Origin: Lingula anatina
Lineage: Eukaryota; Animalia; Brachiopoda
Direction of reading: 5' to 3'
Assembly: GCA_051362555.1 (NCBI GenBank)
Contig: CM120640.1
Span: 37,467,967-37,531,966 of the forward strand
DNA: 64,000 bases
Shown here: piece by piece, positions 1-13,873 of the stretch
Layout of the letters: the number at the start of each line of letters is the position of its first letter
Position numbering within the stretch: position 1 is the first letter of the stretch
Translations under genes and position numbers: made by a program
Notes under the pieces: generated by a model
The model's input: the letters and a program-made list of their open reading frames with translations, nothing else
What the model was told of the DNA's origin: nothing
Database searches by the model: none

Positions 1-193
1 TGTAAATATGGATATCGAGAAAGCGTCCGACAGAAGACCGCATAACGGCTTGATTTCGTTCTAACTGATTCAATAAACTGCTCATCCATTCAAAGCTGTC
101 CTGATTGCGGTTTATCCAAAAGAAATCCACCTGTAGACAAAGAATGCAAAAGTTTCTTTGGCACTCTCTTGGATCGGTCCGATCGGTGACATT

Positions 194-225
<32 letters not shown>

Positions 226-3200
226 TGAGTGAAAGAGACTTTGGTAAAGCCATGATATAAATATATATATAGATATAAATATATATATAGAACGGAAAAG
301 TGTCCATTTTGAAATTGTATGGTTGTCTGCTTTGGTCAAACAGCCATAAGATTTTCATAGATGGGTACATTTACCTTTCTAAGCTTCATATTACCAAGGC
401 TGGCTGCTTTATCATCAGTCCAACAATAGCGACAATCTGGACATTGGTGATTGGCGGCATTGAACCTGTACATGATGCTCTGCAAGATGCTGGCAAACGG
501 AGTGACACCTATTCCTGCAGCCACCAGAACAGCGTGCTGTGCCCGGTATATGCCCGCAGAGGCAGTGCCGTAGGGGCCGTCAACGTAGACCTGAACTCAT
601 GAATATATGAAAAGACCAAATTAAAGAGATGATTTATATATTGATTGCGATATATCGTTAACTCTTTCAATTCTGAAAAAGAGTTGATCATTTACCAACA
701 TAAAAATCATTTTTACCTCCAGTAAATCATCGTCGTCTGATGCAAGCGTCATTTCTGGGTCACCCTCTACACCTCTTGGCGGTCGCTGATCATTGTTTAT
801 GAGGGTTTCACACTGATACCCAGAGTCTACAGATATATGTCGTTCTTTTGCGCTGACACATGGGTACAGCTGATTACCACCAGTGGAAGCCTCCTCCAGG
901 TACAATTCCTGGACTGAGTCTGATTCCAACGATCTGTCGATGAACCCGTAAGAGTGTGTATTGATGCTTTCGTCAACGAAAATCACGGTGGGATTGCTTC
1001 TATTCCGACGCGGTGTACCTGGTACCTCCTCCTGCTTTGGTAGCCACTCGGGTGCAGACGATGAGCGTATTTGTCCTGTGTTCTCAGTGCATATTTTCCT
1101 CTTTTTCCCTATTGACGATAAGCTCTGCTTGCAGTGTTTTTCAACATCGTTTTTTACTTTAAAATGCTGGTATGTCTTGTTCGTCCATACACCTACGCCT
1201 CTTATATGAACAGTGAATACTCCTATAATGAACAATAACTTAAATTTAAAAAAAGGCGCAGACCTCTGCCAAGACCAATTATTAGCTAAAAATTAACCAT
1301 TAATTAATGAACCACACTAAAATCTAATCACTTTAGTTAACCCATTTTTGACCTATCCTGAAATTTTTATCAAAATCCATCCAAAATTCTTTGAGTTAGG
1401 CTGATAAACTAACAAATGGAGGTGAAAACATAACATTCTTCAAGTGGCGGAGGTAAAACAGGATGTTTACGAGATTCATTGTGTTCTTTTAGTTATGGAA
1501 AGATAGGTTGTGTAAAGAAATCAAGCCCCTTGGTAAATTATAATGTTGCCCTGTAATTCAAAATGGACAAAAAGAACAGGTGCCTTTATCTGTAAACACG
1601 TCACCTCGCCCGTCAGAATTTTAATTTTCGTCTTTTGTTTGAGGTGATTGTTTGACAATACCAAGGCTTCCATCAAATGGTGATGTATATTGTTTATAGT
1701 GATACAACAATAGATTGGCACTTGAAACAATGCAAAGTTTTGGGAAAAAACTATTCTATCACCTAAAGAAATGTAGGTGAAAAGTGTAATTACAAATCAA
1801 CCCACTCTCGTTTCCCAGTAGCTCCCAGTGACACTAACCTGCTTCCTCCGGTGCACTGCTAATGGTGAAGGGATGCCACTCGTATCTACTGATGACGGGG
1901 ATATTCAACAGCACGTAATCTCCGGCATTGAAATAGAAGTAAGGTGGTTTCGTAATGACCAGCTTTGTTACCTGAAAAAACGTCTTTTGTGTAAGATCTT
2001 AATCGGTATTTTTTTTTAATAAATAAATATTTTATTCATGAATAAAATTAAATACCAAATAAAACACAATGCATGTATACACTGTGCATGTGCAGATGCA
2101 AGATGCACTAATGGAATACCTTAGAAGGCAGCGCCTCTCCCTTCAGAATTTTACTTTTCTTCTTTTTATTGAGACATGGAGACCGCATCAACTTCTCCAC
2201 CAGAAATGCCAAACCAGGAAACAGGAACCATTTCCAGAAGTTCTTGCCATGAACCAGTAAAATAACCCAGTATGGTATGTAGAGATGGTGAGCGAAGAAA
2301 AAGACCTAAAAATGTATGTAAAATAGAACGAAATTAGAAAATGACTATAATATTGATAAAACAAAGGTCGTTTAACTTGACAAACGAATGTTTACTTAGT
2401 AAAAATTATAGTTTTCATTTTGATATACAGTAGTATTTATTTAGTCCCTGCATTGCAAATTGTTTTTATGTATTTGATTCGGCAAATTGCATCCAACTAT
2501 ATACGCATTCAACAGGTTGCTTACACTGCATACTAAATGATACGAAATACAAGCCAAAGAAATAATAAATGATGCCATAACAGACCGTCAAAAGTTCACG
2601 TTATTGATAATCGACTCTTATCGCAAAAACCCAGGTTCACAGAGTAGAAAATAATGCATGGGTGAGGATAATTATATTAGGTTATCTTAGTTATTCTCAC
2701 GCTGAACAACTTCCTCCGCACTACGGGCAAGGAAAAGCAGAAGATACTCAGTAGAATAGCCAACAGTATCCACCCGGTGAGAACATATGGATCAATGAAC
2801 CACAAACCCCAGCTCTTCTTCACCACAAACGCTGGAATATAGATTGATTAGTATATAATTTTCGGGGTTTGATAATACATTTTTTTCATTTTATTCTTTA
2901 TCGTTATTCTTTTTCAACTTTTGTCAAAACGTTGAGTTGTTAACAGTTTCTGTCATAAGCATGTGACTTCTTATTTGTCACTGAATTTAACAGATATATA
3001 ATAAATTAAACTGATTGAATAGATACAAAACAATGAAGTACATATTAAGCTTAAACGAAATAAAAACGTATAAATATCCGCTTAAACGGAATGAAGTAGT
3101 GATTTTTCTTCAACCAACAGCTAATATTGAAATTGTTGTTGATTTTATGTTTAATGTAAATAGTGATAACACTGTATCGACATCCAAAATATGAATGAAC

Positions 3201-4136
3201 TTATACCAAATAATGTCAAAAAATATTTTATCGATGTATACATTATAATGCTCGACTCTTTGTTTGGCAACCTCTTCAATATGTACCTTCTCCACTTTTT
3301 TTAGGGGGGGGGGGATAGCTAATACCGTCTAATACCGTCAGGGTATCAAGTGGATTGATAGGAAAAACGGGCGATAAAGTAGCAAATTGACTCACCGTTA
3401 TAGCATGTATGACAAACTCCATGCAGCACAGCGTGCAAAACAATAACGCTACCAACCACTCTGTGTAGGGCAATGTGGTCATCAAATGGTAGAAATCTAT
3501 ACAGCCATGTAGATCTCATCCAGTTTAAAATCTGCCTTAAAACCAGTATTACAATAAGTATACTGGTAAAGTTTAGACAAGAACCTGAAACAAAAACAAG
3601 AAATTATGTTTTTTCTGAAGCAAAAACATAAAACATATGAGGTAGCGCATTTTTACTTCTAATGTCACTTCAGTGACCTCACTCCAAGATAAAGTATTAT
3701 AAAATGTTTGTACCTGAGCCGCGTGCGATGCAGACAAGAGGGTGGCTGCTATTCAACCAGTAGCGAACGAACGCTTCCAAAAACAGGAGGATATTGAAAC
3801 AGGCGAACACTGTATTGAAGAATATGAACTGGGCGTTGTTCTGGATGTATGTTCTAATCTCTTGGCGACCAGGGAACCGGACGACAGATTCCCCCGAATC
3901 CTTTGGAGACTTCAGCCAACTCAAGGCGCTGCAATCATCAACAAGTTTACCACATAAAGAATTTTAAGTAAGACCTTATACAAAAGATACATGAGCAATA
4001 TACCACTTGAGATGGATATTTCTTAATCTATGAACCTGTAAGCATGTTTTTAATCTTAGGCTTTTAAACCTTTTAATCATTTCATTAATAAAAATCTGTC
4101 ATCTCTTGCATCAATTTTGAGGCATGAACGTTTTCT

Positions 4137-4169
<33 letters not shown>

Positions 4170-4768
4170 ATTTATGCTAAGGAATGGCGTACCTAATAGT
4201 AAGATTCTCTAGGACGTGCGGCCGTTTTTCGAGCGTTTCCCTTAGTTCGTCGAAAGAAACGCTTCCAGATTGGTCGATATCTAGCTCATCCCACAGGAGA
4301 CTTGTAAGACGCGAAAATATATCATCTGCCATTGCCAAGGAACTCTCCTCGATACAAGCGCGCAGCATGGCGCCCAGCTCCTCTCGGGACAGCTCACCAT
4401 TATCTAAATAAGAAGAACAGGTACGTCTGCCAAAACACAGTAATACGAATGGTGCAGAGCAAAAAAAAAAAAAAGTCATATTGAAAGAAATTTTTGAGTG
4501 ATTAATTCATGAATATATGTGATGGGGGAAAATAAAAACCGATGGGGTGGCATGAGAATGGTTTCAACGTCAGCAACGTTACGTTACGCGGTGCGCACAT
4601 ATAATTAGATTTGACAAAATGTGTAGATAAATGTTCAAATGTGGACATTATCTACTTCACTGTCTAGCCAAATTCAATGTACCGGTGATCATGAAATGGA
4701 TTTTTGGAATGATTGTTATGTATACTGCTAACAATCACGGCGAACTGCTGGGTGCGCCAGTCGTAAGG

Positions 4769-4810
<42 letters not shown>

Positions 4811-6191
4811 TACCTTTAGCAAATCGCCATGCTTCTTGTCTTAAACACAATGCGCCTTTAACTCTTTTAAAGAAATAAAAGCATACGCTTACATATAAAT
4901 AACTCACCATCGGCGTCATATACATCGAATAGAAACTTTAGCTTATCTGTGCTGCTACCTTGAGACAGAAGATCAATGGCGCTGATGAATTCGTCTAGCT
5001 GAATGGTTTTTGAATTGTCTTTGTCCAAGATAGCAAAAAGGCGGGCGCTTAGGTAATCCTGTAAAATCAATAGGCTAAATTGAGAATTTAACAAAAAATG
5101 CATAAATTCAATTAAAACAACCAAAACAACCTCCTTGGCGGAGGTAATGATAATCCAATATAGCGGGTTTTCATTTCATTTCAAGACCATAACCGTAAGA
5201 ACATTTTCAGAAGTTGGTTTTCTCGGGCATTTTAAAACTGTTAGAGGCTAGTGTAAGTAAAAAAAAAAAAACCGAAGAACAAATTTAACGTATATACAAC
5301 TCTTGCGGGTATATTTTCATAGGCCTCTGATGGTAGATATTCAGATTACATAGCATTATAATGCGATATTTTTTTGTGGGACCATCTTAGTGAAAATGAA
5401 TGTAATACTAGTTTTCTCATGGCCATCGCACACTGTGTTTATGGTAGGTCCAAAATTATCTGCATTATGTAGACAGAGAGGGTTGGAATTCCAAAGAATG
5501 TCTTACATTTTTAGAGTTGACGATCTTGCGAAATTCTTCCTGTGTTATTTCCTTACATCCTCCAGTTACTTTCGTGATTTTTCTTGATAACCGTTTGTTT
5601 TCCGGGCCGTTTCTGAAATAAGAGAAATAAATTGCAAGTCACATCGCATTGAAATAGGTGTGAAAGACCATGGCTTATGCGTAGACTCTTAACTTAACTT
5701 GATAATTTCTGGTAGGCCTACAGGCATTCAGTACCTTGTACTTAACGAGGTGGATTAAACCTTATTCGAAGCTCTTTTGCCACTGAGAAATAAGACAAAG
5801 ACTTGGCTTCCATCAACCAAGAAGTTACAGCTTCTTGCATCAACAGAGATGACAGTAGGCCCTACATGTGTACTCCTTATTTGAAATGGTAATTTAAAAA
5901 TCCTAAAATGACATCAGAAAATGTTCACATTTTAGCTCTAAGCACGTATATAAGACATGAAAGTTTCACATTGCATCCTTAATGTGAAAGAAAATCACGT
6001 ATTGGAAATAATCTAGTTTAAAGAGACCTGCACTTGAAAAGGCACTGATTTCTGTTTTCGTCAAGTTTTTGTCGCATATTTGTTGCCAGGATGTCGTGAA
6101 TTTGATACTAAACATTATCTTCATCTGGATAAATTAATGAAGTTTATTCAGGGAAAATATGTCGTTAAACTCACCTTCGTATGTTTGCCAT
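1..6191 (-). CDS. NOX5: Calcium-regulated NADPH oxidase 5-like (4 EF-hands, ferric-reductase TM domain, FAD/NADPH dehydrogenase domain); 3' end truncated by the window edge
   Basis: Phase-consistent GT-AG exons (minus strand): 6191-6175 (MANIR, in-frame TAA upstream), 5612-5507, 5058-4908, 4403-4193, 3928-3714, 3584-3396, 2831-2701, 2305-2120, 1971-1839, 1222-717, 590-375, 130-<1. EF loops DKDNSKTIQLDE, DADDNGELSREE and DIDQSGSVSFDE. Heme His pairs LHRVVGSVIVLHAVLH and AHHLYIPYWVILLVHG. FAD motif EWHPFTISSAP. NADPH motifs VDGPYG, AAGIGVTPFASIL and VDFFWINR. The architecture matches NOX5 as I know it, with no DUOX peroxidase domain. Confidence 0.93.
199..288. repeat. (GA)n and (TA)n microsatellites
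   Basis: Direct inspection. Confidence 0.9.
1255..1456. mobile_element. Non-autonomous Helentron/HINE-like interspersed repeat in a NOX5 intron
   Basis: ACCTCTGCCAAG near the left end is an inverted copy of GGCGGAGGT at the right end. It ends in GTGAAAACATAAC...GGCGGAGGTAA, a terminus seen again at 5128-5146 (AACCTCCTTGGCGGAGGTAA). Confidence 0.5.
4769..4810. repeat. (ATT)n microsatellite
   Basis: Direct inspection. Confidence 0.95.
5128..5147. repeat. Isolated terminus of the same HINE-like element
   Basis: AACCTCCTTGGCGGAGGTAA, a short hairpin-forming terminus matching 1445-1456. Confidence 0.4.
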
Positions 6192-6815
6192 CCCCCTATA
6201 AAGACCCTTCAATTATGCTTCAATTGGCTTAAGTTACAATGTCTGTATGGGAAAAATAAGAATAAGATGTGACATTTGGCATATTCTCATTCGTAAAAAT
6301 ACAACAAAATATACATATTGACGGTTACATACAGAAACCTTAACATTGCAATGCTTAAATGAAAAATACCTAAAATATAGGTACTGATGGCCATTTTGAT
6401 TTTTTTCTCCCATCAGAAGTAAAATAAAATGTCTACAAGGGTCCTGTTGGATATCCTTAGTGGGGTCTAATCTACCAGAGACATTTATGATTTTTTTCCG
6501 CGGGGAAAGGTTCAGTAAAATTCCACTGGGATGTAAATTATTTTAACAAATCTTTATTTGATTATTAATATTTTTATAGGTTATTTAATTATTTTTATAA
6601 ATTGTTTAATGATTTTTAGAAATTATTTTGATAAATTGTTTAAAAATCTACGCGGAAAGGTTGAACATTACACAAAAGAAAAGACATATACCTTCTTTTT
6701 TCTTTATTATGCAAACATTTTGAGAAATAAAGAAGTACGCGTTAATACGTACATGGACGACTTTGAAATAACCACGTGTTTTCGCGTAGGCTAATATATA
6801 GAAAAACCAACTTAC

Positions 6816-6969
6816 TTTTTAGGTGCATATGTAGCGGCTCCTGGGTCTAAACCGTTGTAGGCATAAGCATGATTTTGAGTTTTTTCGTATTGAGCTTCAA
6901 AGCATTTCTTGCCTTCATCGCTAATCGGCCATGGGTCGGTAAAGTGTCTCTCTTTTAATTATGCCTAAC
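6816..6969 (-). other. Probable non-coding 5'UTR exon of the NOX5-like gene
   Basis: On the minus strand there is a strong donor AA|GTAAGT below 6816 and a TTCAG acceptor-like site at about 6970. No reading frame continues into the MANIR start. Confidence 0.45.
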
Positions 6970-8304
6970 CTGAACAGCCATCAAGGGTGGTCAAAAAGGA
7001 TAGTAGCCTATTTGTCTAGCACCTAGGGTGTTAAGTTGGTGACATGTACCGAGGAGTTGAAGAAATAAGATAACGAAGGTGAGAATGCTATTTACAATTG
7101 TCTAGAATGTGGCTTTAGAAATCTCTTAAATACATGTCTTTCACGAAGCTCAGGATGTGTACAGGTAGAACCCGTCCCAATTAAGGCTTGTACTGGTCAA
7201 AAACTTTTTTTTAATTTTTTTAGTTATTTATTAGGCTACAGTTTACGATGTGAAAATAAAATGATTAATTAAATTATGCATTAAAAACAATAAAAATTGA
7301 AATTAGGGGTTGAAACGAGAAACAGTTTATGGGTAAAAGCTCTTTAAAAAATATTATTGTATCTTGTTGCTTGGTAAAAAAATAAATAAACAACTGAAAA
7401 CAAGGCACTCATCGTGTTCTCCATTCTCTTCTCCATTCTCTCAACATAAATACCCTCAATAAATGGTTATTCATAATAATAATAATTCATAATAATAATT
7501 TTTTCTGGGAAGTTAAAACTTTAGGCAAGCATATCAGGATTTAGCGCAACATTCGGCTGAGTATTATTTGTCCTGGCCAAACCAACAGCAAGGTGAACTA
7601 TTGATACAGCAAGGTTAACTCATACACTCGGCTAACCTCGGGTGGTTTCGTACTCAAAGATTACTAAAGTTTCGTTGTCAGAATATTAACAATATTTAAT
7701 AATGTGGTATGTATCACTTCATTTTGATACTTGCAAATGATGTTGCAGTATCCAAAGCTATATTAAAAAAAATCCAAATAAGCTGAAAATCCCCAACGGG
7801 GAAAAAAAGAAAACTAAACTCAAAATCCACAGTAACTCTTCAAGGTCATGTTGTTCTGGTAATTTTCCACAGATTTGTTATCATTTGTCATAGCGAGCAG
7901 CTGATCAACCGCGTAGGAGCAAGTACTGCAACCGATTGTGTGTGATAGAAACAAGTCTTCCCTGTGCAATAATTCAAAAGCAGCACATAACAATCAGGTA
8001 TGTGATCGCTCGCTAACTTGTAGATTTCACGCCGCAATGTGCATTTAAATTAATTACACGGTGACGGTCTCTGTGACCCCCTTTCCAGACTAAGCATTTC
8101 AATCAATTTGAGTTTTATTGTTCCATTTCTAGTGTTTTTTCTTCTTGATCCTTTTGGCAGTAATGTGCAAATATTCCTGAAGCGAAATGATATTTGAACG
8201 TAGTATTGTGATTTCATAGTTTTCTGCTAATTGTACTATTATTATTTTTTATATCCACTGGATCATTCAGTAGCAATTATGTTATGTGTACATCGTTAGC
8301 TTAT

Positions 8305-8520
8305 TATAACTCATATATATATATACACTCCAGCCGCAAGATTAGTTTGGTAAAGGTTTTTTTTATTACTCATACATACTCCAGCCGCAAGAATAGTTTG
8401 GTAAAGTTTTTTTTTATAACTCATATATACTCCAGCCGCAAGATTACTTTGGGTTTTTTTTAACTCATATATACTCCAGCCGCAAGATTACTTTGGTTGC
8501 AAGATTAGTTTGGTAAAGGT
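8305..8520. repeat. Minisatellite, about 4.5 copies of a ~45-60-bp unit
   Basis: The core ACTCCAGCCGCAAGA(T/A)TA(G/C)TTTGG is repeated four times plus a partial copy, separated by T-runs and CATATA. Confidence 0.9.
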
Positions 8521-11500
8521 ATTAGTAATTCTAGGGTAATGCCTATATAGTTTGTCTCTCTAAATTTAAATCAAATATTAGTAAGTAAATGATTAAGAAT
8601 CAGATATACCACAGTGTTTGTAATTAAGGTCAGATTAAAAAAATAATCATGGATTATGACAGAAGAAAAAAAGACTTGTTTACTTCATTAAAACAAAATG
8701 TGGTCCATAAAGTGGTGTATAAAATTGTCAGCTGATTAATTACAAGTCACCTATATAAGGCAATTGTTATCTTAACTTTCTTAAAAAAGTGTTGGCATGC
8801 ATTTCACTTTAATGATTTTGCTTTTATACAAAGAAGCTCTTAACTGCAGAAGTATCGCTAAGATTGCAAGAATTTTGTTCAAACACATCTTAGCATGGGT
8901 GATTTGAAATAAAAGCAATTACATTCAGAGAAGATGATGGGGTATAAGAATGTCACATGTATATATCATATATTGTAAAAATTTCAATTTTTATAGATGA
9001 AAAGAAGAATGCAGCATCATTTGCTAGCAATTAAAATTTCATGTTAAGATTGGATGTAAATCCCAATATCCTTGATATACAAGATAAGCCAGCTTTACAA
9101 TATTTACACAGTCTTTACAGGTCCCTAGGAAGATATAACCTATAGATATAACCCAAGCTGTTGCATGTGTGGTGCTGGGAATTATTGATTCTCAGATACA
9201 ATCACAGCCCTGGCCCAGTCTGTACTTCCTGCCTCAGCCTCCTTGTACTGTATATAAACCTGGCAATACCATTTTTTAATGGTGATTGATTTAACTTGGA
9301 TGTGTAGATTGAAGAAAGACCCTAAAGTGGAGATGACCTCCCTGTCCACATTGTCTTTTACAGTTTGCTTTATACAATATCAGTTTTTTTTTTTTTTTGG
9401 AAAAATTTTTCTACACAATAGTTTTATTTCTCAAGTTAGTATTTAAACTGATATTATAGGTTACTTTTTCAGCTTTGAAAACTGGAAATAGAGAAATACT
9501 CAATTCTTGCTTTCTTTATTTCGTGTGTGCATGTGTGTATGTGACTCTTAGCAGGTATTCACTTAAGATTATTCCATGGTGTTAGGACACATATAGCTCA
9601 TTGCCTATTCATTATTGATGCAGGTATTTTGCCATGCAGTTTTGTTGATGTTTTCTCTTCATGCGGCACAGCAGTAGTATGTGCTAATGTGCTGTCTAAC
9701 TTTCTTTCGATCCCTCGACCATGTAATGATTGAGGTTCAAGGTCAACACCAGAAACTTGTCCAGAAATTCATATCATTATCATTCTGTTCAGGTAGGATT
9801 TACAGAGAAACAAGTGTACACTGCATTAGAGTAGCTTTTAGTCTTTCTGTATGTGAAGGTTGCCTTGAACAATTAAAATGCTGATTCTTAATATGTCTTT
9901 TTTCCCAGGAAGAGGTCTTATTGAAGTTTAATACATGACACATGGTCACATGATTTAAAAAATGGATATCGCCTCTACAAAAAATAACAGATCACATCAG
10001 TGAAAGTATATGCATTTACCTGCACATAGGTTTTAGAAATCAAACATTGCTGTATACCAAATACAAGCAATTGCAGGCATGTAAAAATGAAATTTTGGCA
10101 TAATGCCATGTTTAAGGGGGATTTTTTTTTGAAACAGTTTCAGTTTGTCTGGATAAAGGATCAGGTAAGCCACATTTAGGAAATTATGAAATGTCGGAGG
10201 TTCTTCCTTGTTGGTATCTTGAATGGCTTGTGTTTGTCACACATATGACTGTTACTCATTAGCCTTGTCACTTGAGTGAGTTATCACCACAGATAGTCAT
10301 AATACAGGAGAGGAGCTAGGATTTATAAAGGTAATGATACACTTTATGATCTAGGTACAGACAGGGTGTCTGAAATCAAGTCAGTGTTTCCTGTGAAAAT
10401 AATTGATTTATGAGTGTTGTTATTTTGAGGATGAGACATTTTATTGAATTTGATTAAAAATTGCAGCTTAATCTCCATAAGCATGGGTTTATTATATCAC
10501 AAATTGTTTTCTGTGTCAGAAATTGCAATGTTAAGTTCTACGCCTGTGGAGGTTTGTGTTGTGCATACAATATTCAATTGTCTGATGGTTCTATCTATAT
10601 TCCAATCGAAGCTGACAGCAAATAAATGAAAATGGGTTAGGCAAAATATGTTTATACATGTATACCTATACTGTTCTTAAAGCGTAGAAATTAGGTCACT
10701 GCTTTGAGAGTCGCACTCTATTAAAAGGTTATTGAAAAGAAGTAATAAGTAGTCCAGGGAAAGTAATTGATCTCCTGGGATTTCAAGCTTTAGAAAGTAG
10801 TTTTGTTATTTCAACTTTTTGATAACCAAACAAAAAGGTTAACTTGTACAGTTTTAATGAAACAGGTTTTTTGAATGTCTGTTGTATAATGATGGAATGA
10901 CGCACCATCCCTTAGGTAGAAAAGTGCATATTTTTTTGTATTGTCTGAATGTACTGGTACTTATTAACTTGTGCAGTTCAGTGGTTGAGGTATCATCACA
11001 TGATCTTGTGTACTCAGCATTTATGGAAAAGGGATGGTGTAACGATTATCGCTGTAGTGTTAATATAAATAGATAGCTTTTCTTAATAGACATGTGTAAC
11101 ATGGCTGATTGAAAAACAGAAATAATCCTACCCCCACCTTCAATAATTGTCATATGGGTAACTGAATTTGTGGGATACTCATACCAAAGTAATCAAATTT
11201 CCTTTACACCTGCCATTCTGACGACATTCCAGGTGACTCACTGTTGTCAACTTTCAATTCTTGAACCTTAGAGTGTCAGAGCCAAAATGTGTCATTAAGT
11301 TTTTCTTTTGGATTATAAATTTAGTTTCTTCAAATAAACAATTATTCTGGTGCCTAAGATATCTAGAAAGGGGAATAACACTATCGGTGATGCAATGCTG
11401 CTGGCAAAGAACATTTCCATTTTTATTAACAAAAGAAATAAGACTTGATCAAGCAAACACCTTTAGAATTTATAAAAAAAATGGTATATTTACAATTAAT

Positions 11501-11617
11501 CAACTAAATTCATATAATAACTGCCTGGGTTTGAAAAATATAAACCAATTTACATACTTTTCTTTATTTACAGACCTTAACCCTGAATCTGCTGAGACAA
11601 GATACCTGGAAGGAAAA

Positions 11618-13836
11618 ATGGTACGCCTGACATGTCAATGTTTGAATGTGAACATCCACAGCAAGACCCCCAACCTTGTCACTGCTGATGTTGCAAACTT
11701 AGGTCAGTGTCTTAATGATATAACTGTTCTTAAGTTATAAAGAAATGAGCGTTAAAAACTTTAAAATTTTGAAATGACTCTCGAGAAGGCTCCTTATACC
11801 AAGAGATAAATGCATGTCATTATTTATGTTTCCTGAAATAAGCTATGAATAAATTTGTTAATAACTTGCTGCTTACCTTTTCATTAGTTCAAAGAGTTGG
11901 CGCAATTTGATTTCATCAGTCCTCTCACACGTAAAATTGGCAACAACAGATTTTTTCTCAGATGTTTTCTAAGTTTTTGATGGCTTTCCAGGATTAAATG
12001 AAACTCTCCAGAAAGAAATAAAATACTCAGAATTAGCTGAAGTTCAGTTGGATCTGGAAGGAATATCTCAGGTAAACACTCGAATTAATATTTCCTGTTT
12101 ATGAGCATGAAATGTTTGATTGCTTCATGGGCTTCCTTATATATTCAAAAATTTTGTTTTATGGATTAGTTGACAGAGACAGTTTTTGGGAAAAATTGAG
12201 TTTTTTTAATAAGGGTAGCAATTTCATCAAGCAGGTCTCATAGGGTTTTTGTAGACAGAGACAGTATTTGATAGCACCAGCAGTTTCTTATAATGGTAGC
12301 AGTTTCATCATGCAGGTCTTACAGAATGGCTGGTTTATTGCTCTAATTCCTTTTTGTTGGGAATATGTGCTAGATGTCATGTACATGTTTGTTTGTACAT
12401 GTACATGTTCGCTTTTCTACAAAAATGGGTTAATCTGTGTTGATATGTGTCGAAGCAGGTGTGGGAGGGAAGAACAGGTTGGGTTGAAAAGATTATCTAA
12501 AAAGGTTTTTAAAATCCCTACAGCGAGATTTTAGTAATGAATACCAGTGTGGCAATATATATCAATTTGGTCTTGTAAAAAAAGAAAAGTGAATTCATGC
12601 AGAAATGAAGAAAACCGGGCATCATTAGAGAGGGAGATGGTTCCTAATATGGACACTATTCCCAATATGGACACCAGTGATTTACCTTTTCTTATCTCTT
12701 GGCTGATGAGCACTTCATTGAATAAATATTTTTCATTGCTGAATCAGCTATTTATTAATCAATAAACAGACTTAAAAATAGATTCAGGTTTTCCATGTTA
12801 TATTGACAAAATGATTACTTATTGTAACCATTGGAACAACAAAGTTGACATCAACAACCTTGTTCATATTCATGTTTTTTTTGATGTAACTGTAATAAAA
12901 ATCATCAAGGTTCAGAACATATTGAGACAAATATCTTTAAAAAATTGAGCCACCAGTATGCAAAAGTATAGCATGGTTCAAGTAAAATGGTGCTGCCTGC
13001 AAGTTTTTATCAATATAACAAAGCCCTAAGCACTTTAATCACCCAGCGGAGTGTTTCCCTGTTGTAGTGGGTCAATAGCTATTTTAAGCCACTTGAGCTG
13101 GATACAGTTATAATGCTGGCCATACACCATGTGGAACTGTTTATTGTTTCTGGATGGAAACTTTATTTTAGTGCTGTTCCTATTTCACAAAGATAATGCA
13201 CACCTTTATGAACATTTGTAAACATGAACCCAATGTATTTTTATATGAAGCATCTTTTGGTTTATGCTTTGTGTATAATAACAAACAGCAATATGATCAA
13301 CATAAAGTACATTTTGTGTTTCATGTTTATTCATTTATCTTGATAAGTAATTTCACACACACACTTTTACAAAAAAAATTAATTTAAAAACATAAATCTT
13401 TTAGAAATAAACTATCTTAGTTACAATTACATATCTTTGCCTTACTCCCCTAAAAGAATATGTATTTATCTTCAAGGCATTATTCTTGCATTCTGATTAA
13501 ACTGCTTGCTGAAAAATCTTGTCAGACAATTACAGACATCATGCTCCAACCTATATTAAAACTTGGTAACAACATTGTAATGTGATCAACAGATGTGTTA
13601 TTGCTTAAAGCGCTGGCTGGGCCTAGAGTATTTATGAGAAAGTAAAGTGTAATGGGTGAAATTGGTTCTTTCAGGAACACCCCTGTCTACTGAAGAAGAA
13701 AACTGTTGGACATTGGACCACATATGAGTGTGTCAACTGTGGTTTACTGACACACGCTGTCAACACTGCCTCCAGGAGCAATAGAATTCTAGTCAACAAA
13801 AAGTTACTGGTAAGCAGTTGAGGAGGTCTTCTTTCA

Positions 13837-13873
<37 letters not shown>

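Noticed and set aside
6816-6950. Open frame DPWPISDEGKKCFEAQY... as an N-terminal NOX5 extension
   Set aside because: There is no in-frame ATG after the upstream TAA, and the next exon has an in-frame stop before MANIR.
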